64,000 nt of DNA from a virus. The stretch is from positions 32,001 to 96,000 of IMG/VR virus record IMGVR_UViG_3300043395_002432; one strand, written 5' to 3'. Of the stretch, positions 56,588 through 64,000 are shown one piece after another. Under the pieces are notes generated by a model. It was given only the letters and a program-made list of their open reading frames with translations. It was not told the DNA's origin and ran no database searches. Both the position numbers and the translations under genes were made by a program. Positions within the stretch are counted from its first letter, which is position 1. Each line of letters starts with the position of its first letter.

Positions 56588-56842
56588 TCACTTCCTGTCG
56601 AGGATTTCGTAGTGCGCGATAAATTGAATGTCGCTCAAGCGAGCCTCATACGAAGAAACCGCCGTGCCGTTGATACAGAAGGGCGACCCGTCGTCATTCG
56701 CCACCCCGTTGATCCGAATCCAACCCCGCCGAATGTGAATGAGCTGCCCATGCACAATGTGGTGGTCGTACACCCGGTCGTTCACCCGCTTCGCCGCCTG
56801 CTCCGGTCGCTCCACACGGAGCGCCACCAAGGACGCCTTCAT
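56588..56842 (-). CDS. Hypothetical protein
   Basis: ATGA-coupled small ORF. Confidence 0.55.
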   Translation of the reverse strand: MKASLVALRVERPEQAAKRVNDRVYDHHIVHGQLIHIRRGWIRINGVANDDGSPFCINGTAVSSYEARLSDIQFIAHYEILDRK

Positions 56843-57093
56843 GCCGCCTCAACGAATTCGACTTCGTTGGCACATGCGGTGAAGACGACGTCCGCCATTC
56901 GAAGGGTGATGCTGGTCATGGGCAACCCCTCGACAATGATAGGCTCTCCGCTCTTGGTGCGAGGAGAAGAGATCGTCAGCCAGGAGACCCCCTCGTCGAG
57001 GAAGTGCGTGCAGCCTCCACCAAGCATGCACGAACGCCCCGTGATGTTGGCACTCTCGCCCGTGATCCCGACCACCACCAGCTTCTTGCTCAT
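56839..57093 (-). CDS. Hypothetical protein
   Basis: GGAG RBS; 84 aa. Confidence 0.55.
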   Translation of the reverse strand: MSKKLVVVGITGESANITGRSCMLGGGCTHFLDEGVSWLTISSPRTKSGEPIIVEGLPMTSITLRMADVVFTACANEVEFVEAA

Positions 57094-57131
57094 GATTCGC
57101 TCCCGTGAGCGAAGTTCTTAGCCCAGGAACG

Positions 57132-57161
57132 AAAAAAGGGCCACCCCCGCAGGGGTAGCCC
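57132..57161 (-). terminator. Intrinsic terminator
   Basis: GGGCTACCCC-TGCG-GGGGTGGCCC followed by TTTTTT. Confidence 0.85.
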
Positions 57162-57177
57162 TCACCCTCTCAGCCGA

Positions 57178-58254
57178 TCAGGCGTTGTCCACCGGATGCG
57201 CGATGAACAGGTGCGTGTTCGCAGGCGCGGTCGACCAGTCGCCGTAGATCTTCAGAGAAGACCCCGTGAGCTGGAACTCACCAGCCGCCGCAGGCGTGAT
57301 CGCCACCTGCTTGAAGGCCACGCCATTGAAGTCCGCACGAAGCCCGTCCGTCATGATCTGCACCAAGGAGCCATGACGCTGCATCGCAGCGGAGTTGATC
57401 GAGGTGTTCAGCGTGAAGGTAGAGACACCGCCAGAGACGGAGGCAGAAGCCGCCGCGTCCGTAAACTCCTTCTCCGCCCACTTCCACGACAGCTTCGCCG
57501 GGGTCGTCCCGAGATCCTTCAGCGCGAGCTGGTCGCTCCCGTTGGTGTAGATCGTCGAGTTGTCCACCTTCGCAGAGAACTCACCCCCCGAGAGGGTGAT
57601 ACCCACGCCAGCGGTGTACGACACCCCACCAAAGGCTGAGTAGCTCAGCGAGGTCGTCCCAAGCGTTGAGACTGTTGTTGCCAGATACCACGTCGTGTCC
57701 GCATTGGTGCTGCCAAGCGCCACAGAGATCAGCATCGAGGAGAGATCCGACGCAGAGTCCGCATCCACCGCACGAGTCAGCACGAAGGGGTTCGACCCGT
57801 CCCCAACCGTCGTCACCACGTAGACGCCATTCTGCGCCCCTGTCGTCTGGTTCTTCACCAGAATACGATCCCCCACGGTCGGAGAACCACCGTCCACGGA
57901 GATCGCCCCGTTGCTCGAACCCGTCAACGTCGCACCAACGCCAGAGGAGCCGTTGCTGTAGGTCGCCGCAAGGTTCGCCGTCGTCGCATACAACGCGTCG
58001 TCCTTCTGCGCCAAGCCAGCAATCATGGCCTGGGTCGTGGCAATCAAGCCGTCGACGTAGGTCTTGGTGGCCGCATCGTTGTTCGACGAAGGCGCTCCCA
58101 AGCCCGTCACCTTGAACCCACCAGCCGCAAGATCCGCACCAAGCGTGCCACGCAGATCGCTAAACTCCCAGGTCTGCGTCAGATCGACGTCCAACGCCCC
58201 ACTCGTCGATGTCAGCTTCGCCGTCTTGCGAAGCATGCCCGCATTCACACCCAT
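57178..58254 (-). CDS. Virion fibre / head decoration protein
   Basis: DAATKTYVD; GDRILVKNQT..AQNGVYVV......LTRA.D; YTAG.GI. Confidence 0.8.
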   Translation of the reverse strand: MGVNAGMLRKTAKLTSTSGALDVDLTQTWEFSDLRGTLGADLAAGGFKVTGLGAPSSNNDAATKTYVDGLIATTQAMIAGLAQKDDALYATTANLAATYSNGSSGVGATLTGSSNGAISVDGGSPTVGDRILVKNQTTGAQNGVYVVTTVGDGSNPFVLTRAVDADSASDLSSMLISVALGSTNADTTWYLATTVSTLGTTSLSYSAFGGVSYTAGVGITLSGGEFSAKVDNSTIYTNGSDQLALKDLGTTPAKLSWKWAEKEFTDAAASASVSGGVSTFTLNTSINSAAMQRHGSLVQIMTDGLRADFNGVAFKQVAITPAAAGEFQLTGSSLKIYGDWSTAPANTHLFIAHPVDNA

Positions 58255-58350
58255 GAAACACCTCCTGCCCTTCTGATAGGAGATCTCTCTCTTTCTGACA
58301 AGAGGAATTTACCCGACCTCGATAGGCTTCACGAATCTAAAATCAACGCA

Positions 58351-59244
58351 TTAATACGGAAAGTGTACGGACACGAAGTGGTCTCCGTCAGCGAAGTTTC
58401 CAGCGATGGAAATCTCACTTTCCTGAATCCGATACTCGCGAAACGTAGTAGCGTCACTGTCTGGTGTATCGTAAACACGCTTCGTGTCTACGACCCCGTC
58501 CACGAAGACGAGCATGCCGCCTCGAAAGGAAGCAGCCTCGGGAGGGGTAACACCAAGGTCGGCGGTACTCAGGCCAGATGCAGCGTCATAGGTGAAGTCG
58601 TCCTGGGTGAGGTGAACGACGCGCCATGAGATCCCAACCTGCTGAAGCCTCGGGTCTTGCGTAGAGTCTATGAAATTGTTGTCGAGCGGAAAGCGCGCCT
58701 CAAGCGCATGGATCGTGACCTCCCCCTCATGCGTGAACGCCACGTCCCCGTCCGTGTAGAGCGTTACCGTCCAGTCCCCTCGCTTGGCAGCAGAAGCCGA
58801 CGCAAGAAAACGCGCCCCACTCTGAAGCGTCAGCGAAGTGTCCGACGAAATCGAATGCACCCGCGCCCATTGATGCTCCGAGCCAGAGGAGATCCGAATC
58901 AAGCAGCCAACCTCAAGCTCTGTGAGGAATGCCGTGCCTGTACCAGTTACCGTCGTGCCACGAAGCGCAACAGAGATCGTCCCCGTCAACGTAGTCTGCT
59001 CTACCGTCAGACGTCCATACACAATGGTGTCGCCGTAAATCCGATTCCCGTCGCTGTCGTAGGGATACACAAAGTTATACGACCCTGATGTCACCATGCC
59101 AGGAATGAGACTCGTCCCACCAGCGTGACGACCCGACATGAGGTCGTTCACCACTACGCTCTCCTGCGTTGAGAACTCCGCCGCACCAAGAGAGACATAC
59201 CGCGCAATCGTCGTCCCACCTACCTGATCTGGAGCCAGCGGCAT
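58351..59244 (-). CDS. Virion fibre-like protein
   Basis: GTISV....TTVTGTGTAFLTEL.VG motif of phage fibre N-terminal domains. Confidence 0.65.
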   Translation of the reverse strand: MPLAPDQVGGTTIARYVSLGAAEFSTQESVVVNDLMSGRHAGGTSLIPGMVTSGSYNFVYPYDSDGNRIYGDTIVYGRLTVEQTTLTGTISVALRGTTVTGTGTAFLTELEVGCLIRISSGSEHQWARVHSISSDTSLTLQSGARFLASASAAKRGDWTVTLYTDGDVAFTHEGEVTIHALEARFPLDNNFIDSTQDPRLQQVGISWRVVHLTQDDFTYDAASGLSTADLGVTPPEAASFRGGMLVFVDGVVDTKRVYDTPDSDATTFREYRIQESEISIAGNFADGDHFVSVHFPY

Positions 59245-59283
59245 GCGAAATCCCTCGTTGGTGCTTCTATCGTAAGAAGCAAG

Positions 59284-59311
59284 AAAAGGGGAGGAGCCGA
59301 AGCCCCTCCCC
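59284..59311 (-). terminator. Intrinsic terminator with UUCG loop
   Basis: GGGGAGGGGC-TTCG-GCTCCTCCCC followed by TTTT. Confidence 0.75.
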
Positions 59312-59330
59312 TCCCCTCCCCCCCCTCAGA

Positions 59331-60344
59331 TCAGATCTCGTCGGCAGGCTCGTCGTCCTGGCGGGAGGGCAGCTCCTCGCTCGCCTCCTCGCTCGCCTCC
59401 TCGAGGAGCGCGTTCGAGGCGCGGAAGGGCGTCCGATCCGTGACCGGCTTGCCCTCCGAATCCTCGTAGGTGCGCGGATTGCCCCGATCATCGCCCTCCT
59501 GCACGAGGTAGGCCCGACCGCTGGCCTTCCCAATGTCCCCGTTCGTCAGCACGATGAGGGCGCGGATACCGTGCTGCCGCAGACCAGCGACGAGCTGCTC
59601 CTCAGAGAGCTTCGCCACCAGGGCGAGCGCAGCCGCGATCTGCTCAGACGTCGTGCCGTTCAGAGCCGTGTACGAGCGCGCCACCTCAGCGAGCGCCTCC
59701 CCAGGGGAGACCGCCCCGTTGGCCTGCGCCGACGCAATGGCAGCCGTCATGGCCCGACCCTGCGCCTCGTTGTCCAGCGGGACGCGGAAGGCGGGCTTCT
59801 TGCTCCCCTTCTCCTCGCTGGAGGAAAGGTCGCGCCCGTTGCCCTCAGCGAGGTACTCCTTCATCTCCTGAAGGCTCATCTCCCCACCACGACGCCCCCC
59901 GGTCGTGATCGCACGCACCAAGCCCTCCGCCTCCTCAGCCTTGTCGAGGCGACCCACGAGGAGCCGCGCCTTGGTCGGCCCGAGCCGCTGCGCCAGCTCG
60001 CGGTAGGCCGGTGGGAGGCTACCGAAGTAGTTCCCCACCAAAGCGATCTGCTGCGCCTGCCGAATCTGCACGTCCAGCTCGTTCTGGACGTACTGATCGA
60101 AGCTCTCATACCCCCACAGGCGGTAGAGGCTCTCCTTCTGCACCCGCCCCAGCGTAAGGGCGAACTCGAACGCCACCGACTCGCCCTGCCGGTGGAGCTG
60201 CATCAGCCGCAGCCGCGTGCCGTCCTCCACGCTGTTGGTGGAGACGGGGAGATCCCTCGCCTCGATCAAGGCAGGAAGGTCGTCCCCCACGCCCACGACG
60301 TTCATCTCCATCTCGCTCTCGTCCAGCACGATCTCGCTCGGCAT
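59331..60344 (-). CDS. Hypothetical protein, probable DNA binding
   Basis: LY..WGYESFDQYV..EL....RQA helix pattern; AGGAG RBS. Confidence 0.6.
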   Translation of the reverse strand: MPSEIVLDESEMEMNVVGVGDDLPALIEARDLPVSTNSVEDGTRLRLMQLHRQGESVAFEFALTLGRVQKESLYRLWGYESFDQYVQNELDVQIRQAQQIALVGNYFGSLPPAYRELAQRLGPTKARLLVGRLDKAEEAEGLVRAITTGGRRGGEMSLQEMKEYLAEGNGRDLSSSEEKGSKKPAFRVPLDNEAQGRAMTAAIASAQANGAVSPGEALAEVARSYTALNGTTSEQIAAALALVAKLSEEQLVAGLRQHGIRALIVLTNGDIGKASGRAYLVQEGDDRGNPRTYEDSEGKPVTDRTPFRASNALLEEASEEASEELPSRQDDEPADEI

Positions 60345-60495
60345 TGTTGCTCTCCTGAGGTAGCCCCGGAAGGGGTCGGTTTGACGCCCCCTATATAAGC
60401 CCAACGAGGGGTCGAGGCGAGAACGAATTCGACTTCGTTGGGGCGGTTTGCTCGTTCTTGACAACGAGGCGAAGAAGATGCCTTCGAGCGTGCAG

Positions 60496-61161
60496 TCACG
60501 CTCGCGGCTTCGATCTTGGTGCCTTCTTCTTGATCTCCCCCATGAGCTGCGCCTGGATCGACTCTGGGGGCGGTAACGCAGGAAGCCGAAGGTTCGCCTC
60601 CACCGCACCAGCAAGCGCCGTGATCAACGCGTCAGCCTCATGGTCGTTCGCCGTCGCCGGGATCGGAAGCTGAATCTGACGCAAGCGCCCTAAAACCCAC
60701 GCCTTGACCTGCGCCTGCTTGATCTCCCGAGGAGGAGCGCGCCCCAAGACCAGCTTGCGCGCACGCGGGCTGGCAATCTCCCGAATGCCAGGAAAGGGAA
60801 GCGAAGTCTTGGTGCGCCACGCCTGCGCCACAGCAAGCTGGCACGCCCAATGCGCCCCACCGAGCTGCCCCATGCGCCCACCAGCCATTCCAAACGCCAT
60901 GCCCTCTATCGAGATCGCCACAACCTGCTCAGGCGCGTACTCCTCCAGAAGCACATGCACCAAGTGAGACAACGCGTCGCTTAGGTGCAACAGCCGACGA
61001 AGGTCGTCATTCTCTCCATCCCCCTTCTCGCTCTTGATCGTCAGGAGCCGAACCAACGCCCCCTCGGGCGTGCAGACCGCAACCCCCGTGTTCGAGAGCG
61101 AAGCGTCGATCCCCATCACCAAGCGCGATCTTCTCTCCCCGAGCTTCTCCACCTTGAACAT
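60496..61161 (-). CDS. RuvC-like Holliday junction resolvase
   Basis: MGIDASLSNTGVAV, IEG..FG, ND.EADA. Confidence 0.85.
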   Translation of the reverse strand: MFKVEKLGERRSRLVMGIDASLSNTGVAVCTPEGALVRLLTIKSEKGDGENDDLRRLLHLSDALSHLVHVLLEEYAPEQVVAISIEGMAFGMAGGRMGQLGGAHWACQLAVAQAWRTKTSLPFPGIREIASPRARKLVLGRAPPREIKQAQVKAWVLGRLRQIQLPIPATANDHEADALITALAGAVEANLRLPALPPPESIQAQLMGEIKKKAPRSKPRA

Positions 61162-61214
61162 GCCGCCCCCCAATGGAAAAGCCCCAGAAGGGGCCACCGC
61201 TCTTGGTGTAGAGA

Positions 61215-61634
61215 TCAGCCCATCTGCCGAATCAGATCCGTCACCTCAGTGACCGTCTTGGGCGACAGCGAGATCAGGTACACCACCGAATCCTCCCGAT
61301 TCGCCTGAGGACGATTCCCGTACATGTCCCGCCAATTCCGCCGAAACTTGTCCAGATCAGGCGTCGCAGAACACTCCGACGCACGCTGCTCCGTGAGCTT
61401 CCCGAGCTTCACCTTCTGAACGTGACGAACCGTCCAAGCAGCGGGCGGCGCACCTTGCTCGTCAGACTCGAGGATCACCGAATTGTCGTGCCGACGAAGC
61501 GATACAGGCTTCAGCTCCGTAGGAGCCATTGCCTCCGTCATGTAGTGACGCGCCAGCACCAACGCCGGTCGATTGCCAGCGGACTTCCGCTGCTCGTAGT
61601 AGCTGTCCTCAATCGCACTGAGCTTGATCGACAT
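61215..61634 (-). CDS. Hypothetical protein (ASCH/PUA-like possible)
   Basis: V..V....L..LTE..A........F...W..MY........V..I pattern. Confidence 0.5.
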   Translation of the reverse strand: MSIKLSAIEDSYYEQRKSAGNRPALVLARHYMTEAMAPTELKPVSLRRHDNSVILESDEQGAPPAAWTVRHVQKVKLGKLTEQRASECSATPDLDKFRRNWRDMYGNRPQANREDSVVYLISLSPKTVTEVTDLIRQMG

Positions 61635-61687
61635 TCATCCCCTCTTGGTGAACGACGCATTCGAATGCGTCTCAGCTCGAGAGTAAC

Positions 61688-62182
61688 CTACTTCGCCAAG
61701 CCACGCTGCTGACATTCCCAGCGATACCGACGCATTGCCAGATCCGCATTCGTGAGTTCGCACTCGATCTCGAAAGCGTAGAGCGGGTACTTCCGATCCA
61801 CCGTCCGTCGCCCCTCAGGCGAAACAAGCGTCATGGTGCGCGGAATCGGCTTCTGCTGGTGGAACCGATGCTGCTCCAGAAGGAAGTCGCTCTCCTTTAC
61901 CCGGTAGACGAGAAGGGAGATGGCGTAGTGCGACTCAAGCCACCAGTCCTTCTCTCCCTTCGGATCAAACCAATCCGTAAGGTGATTCGCAAAAAGACCC
62001 AGAACCCCAGGAATCGCTTTCGCCTGCGGCCTCATCACCGTCAGAAGCGCCTGATCGATCTTCTTCAGATGCTCCTCCTCCCGAAGGAGCGAAAGCGCGA
62101 AGGGCTTGCGATACGAATCCCACCACTGCAAGATCTGCTCCCTCATCCGCACCAACGTCGCCTCGTGCGGAGCAGGGGTCAC
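61688..62182 (-). CDS. Hypothetical protein
   Basis: GTGA-coupled to the upstream nuclease. Confidence 0.55.
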   Translation of the reverse strand: MTPAPHEATLVRMREQILQWWDSYRKPFALSLLREEEHLKKIDQALLTVMRPQAKAIPGVLGLFANHLTDWFDPKGEKDWWLESHYAISLLVYRVKESDFLLEQHRFHQQKPIPRTMTLVSPEGRRTVDRKYPLYAFEIECELTNADLAMRRYRWECQQRGLAK

Positions 62183-62658
62183 CGTGAAAGCTCCTCGTTG
62201 AACTCAGCAAAGACCGAAGAAGGCACCAAGACCCACTCAGACTCGCACAGCGGATCGCTCACCTTCAACTTGATCTCCAACGCAGGAAGACGCCCCTCCC
62301 CACGCGCCTCATTCGTGATCTTCTCAAGCCACTCGCCCTTCACACTGATCGAGCCGTGGATCGTTTGCTTCATCTCGATCAGGAAGGCACGCGTTTGCAC
62401 GTCCCCCTTCGATAACGCGCTGCTCCCACTCCCAGGCTTCACACGCCCACCATACCGAGACGCCGAAACCTTCTCCTGAAGCGACGCCCGATCCCGATTC
62501 GAACGCTCCACAGGCGTCGACCGAATCGCCTTCCGCTCCTCGTACCGCGAACGCGCCTCTCGCCTCAATGCCTCTCGCTCCTCAGCCTCAGCACGAAGAC
62601 GAGCCTCGCCCTCCTCCTCTGACTCGAACCGACTCCGAACCCGAAATCCCTTGATCAT
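62179..62658 (-). CDS. PD-(D/E)XK nuclease, Hjc-like resolvase
   Basis: QE...A...GG...PGSG.....KGDV.....LIEMK.T. Confidence 0.82.
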   Translation of the reverse strand: MIKGFRVRSRFESEEEGEARLRAEAEEREALRREARSRYEERKAIRSTPVERSNRDRASLQEKVSASRYGGRVKPGSGSSALSKGDVQTRAFLIEMKQTIHGSISVKGEWLEKITNEARGEGRLPALEIKLKVSDPLCESEWVLVPSSVFAEFNEELSR

Positions 62659-62695
62659 GTCTCACCCCGATGAACGAATTCGAATTCGCCACACC

Positions 62696-62729
62696 AAGAA
62701 GGGGGAGCGAAGTCTCCCTCGCTCCCCCC
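62696..62729 (-). terminator. Terminator-like hairpin after recA
   Basis: GGGGGAGCGA...TCGCTCCCCC then TTCTTGGTG. Confidence 0.55.
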
Positions 62730-62750
62730 TCGCGCCCCCTCAGTGAGAGG

Positions 62751-64000
62751 TCACTTCTTCTTCGCCGCCTTCGCAGCAGCACGCGACTCAGCCTCCGTAC
62801 TCACCAAGTCCATGCCCGCAAAGCGAACCTTGAACGCACGCTCCGCCAACTTGCGATTCGAAGGATCAGCACGAAGCCATACCTTCGCCTCGTCCTGATT
62901 GCGGAACGTCACGTCCTCCATGCCAATCCCGTCAAGATGCAGAACCAACTTGCCAGGAAGGGACTCCATCACCGCACACGACGACTTCAAGATCAACTTG
63001 AAGAAATTGTCGAAGTCCTCAATCTCCCCAGCACGCCACCCATCCATGTCCACCAACCGCTGAGCGTACCGTGCCTTCCGATTCGCAGGAGCGAACTTGT
63101 TCTTGGTGACCGTTACCCCAACCTCAATACGATACGCAATCTCCGCCACGTCCGCATCCCTGATCCCAGATCCAGCCCACCTCGGATCTTCCATCCGCTC
63201 CACCTTCGAAGCAGACAAATCCACAATCAACGCAGCCGCGAACAACTGCCCCTTCCCCCCACTCATCGTCCGAGGATCGCCAAACGCAATCCCAATCTTG
63301 TCACGCCACTGCTGAATCCAGATCGACGTCACAGGACGACCACGAAGCGATGCCATGTTGGTGCATTGCCCAACCACACGGAACATGCGGTTGAGGAGAC
63401 GCGCATGCACGCCCATCATCGACTTGTCCGCAGACTCCTGAACCTCAATGTCAGGCGACATGGCAGCAAGCGAATCCACAATCACCATGTCCACCAAGCC
63501 ACTGTTGATCAGCTCAGTGTAGATGTTCGTCACTTGCTCAGCCGAAGGCGGAATCACACGGTACATCGTCCTCGCATACGCAAAACGATTCACCCACGCC
63601 GCGTCGAACGTCCCCTCCACGTCGATCACCGCCACATTGAACGGACGATACGAATTCGCCAGCAGCTCCTCATGCAGCGCCTGCCACTCCGCAAAGCCCT
63701 TCGCCTTCGGATCAGGACGAGGCCCAAGCGGATGCCGAATCACCTTCTGCGCGTAACAGTCGCACGACCCCACCAACGCCCACGTCGCCTCCTCCTCAGG
63801 ATCGTCCGCAGGAATGTCCACCTCCTGCACGTCCACAGCAGGCCGATAGCACCGCGAACACAGAAGCTGACCCTGCCCAGCAGTCCGCCAAGCCGTCAAC
63901 GACTTGCCACTCGACTGCGTCCCCACCAAGATCGTCCCATGCCCAACAGGGATGCCAGCCGTCCCATCCCCATTCACACCAACCGCCAGATCCAGCTCGA
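62751..64000 (-). CDS. RecA/UvsX-like recombinase, 5' end beyond window
   Basis: LDLAVG...GIP.G, Walker A GTQSSGKS, IDVEG, IVDSLAA, QWR.KIG..FGDP.T..GG, KNK..P. Confidence 0.93.
   Translation of the reverse strand, partial: ELDLAVGVNGDGTAGIPVGHGTILVGTQSSGKSLTAWRTAGQGQLLCSRCYRPAVDVQEVDIPADDPEEEATWALVGSCDCYAQKVIRHPLGPRPDPKAKGFAEWQALHEELLANSYRPFNVAVIDVEGTFDAAWVNRFAYARTMYRVIPPSAEQVTNIYTELINSGLVDMVIVDSLAAMSPDIEVQESADKSMMGVHARLLNRMFRVVGQCTNMASLRGRPVTSIWIQQWRDKIGIAFGDPRTMSGGKGQLFAAALIVDLSASKVERMEDPRWAGSGIRDADVAEIAYRIEVGVTVTKNKFAPANRKARYAQRLVDMDGWRAGEIEDFDNFFKLILKSSCAVMESLPGKLVLHLDGIGMEDVTFRNQDEAKVWLRADPSNRKLAERAFKVRFAGMDLVSTEAESRAAAKAAKKK

Larger units (their letters stand above)
7272..62688. repeat. 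Dispersed 14-bp palindrome, consensus CG[A/C]A[T/G]TCGA[A/C]T[T/G]C[G/A]
   Basis: About 35 copies read by eye; positions listed in findings. Confidence 0.95.
433..63930. repeat. Highly iterated heptamer CACCAAG/CTTGGTG
   Basis: About 60 copies counted by eye in the first 20 kb, continuing throughout. Confidence 0.9.

Noticed and set aside
60496-61161. TnpB/Cas12-like RuvC effector
   Set aside because: Too short, lacks the zinc finger and split RuvC layout, and has no associated array; it fits a resolvase.
7272-62688. Palindrome copies as cloning-linker (EcoRI) or assembly artefacts
   Set aside because: Copies vary by symmetric half-site substitutions, sit in-frame in intact genes and form parts of terminator stems.
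1-64000. Stop-codon reassignment
   Set aside because: Conserved genes are full length in the standard code, and TAA, TAG and TGA all end genes.
33874-64000. Apparent changes in C/G strand skew between sheath, capsid and recA regions
   Set aside because: Visual impression only; I cannot quantify it, and expression-related codon bias could explain it.
1-64000. tRNA or structured ncRNA genes
   Set aside because: No cloverleaf or T-loop signature seen in the intergenic gaps; a covariance search would be needed to exclude them fully.

Overview
This window is part of a GC-rich, large myovirus-type (T4-architecture, probably jumbo) phage genome. Nearly all genes are on the minus strand. Read in transcription direction (right to left) it holds a RecA/UvsX recombinase, two resolvase-type nucleases, two virion fibre/decoration proteins, terminase, a DNA methyltransferase, a ParB-like protein, portal, core proteins, a prohead protease-scaffold fusion, major capsid, neck proteins, tail sheath, two tail tube paralogues, a 2H phosphoesterase, a tail chaperone with a -1 frameshift site, tape measure, baseplate hub/spike, an accessory block (MazG-like/HD fusion, holin-like, Ycf46 AAA-radical SAM-DUF2997-DUF1257 cassette, ThyX, DnaC-like ATPase), a GH46/lysozyme-fold hydrolase and baseplate wedge genes. 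The strongest unexplained signals are two dispersed DNA motifs: a 14-bp palindrome (CGAATTCGAATTCG and variants, about 35 copies, roughly every 2 kb) and a heavily over-represented heptamer (CACCAAG/CTTGGTG). They often occur together and sit inside terminator hairpins. I saw no tRNA, rRNA, CRISPR array or integrase. Family calls come from motif recognition by eye, not database searches. Many starts were trimmed from the ORF track to the most plausible start codon. The host cannot be determined from this window.
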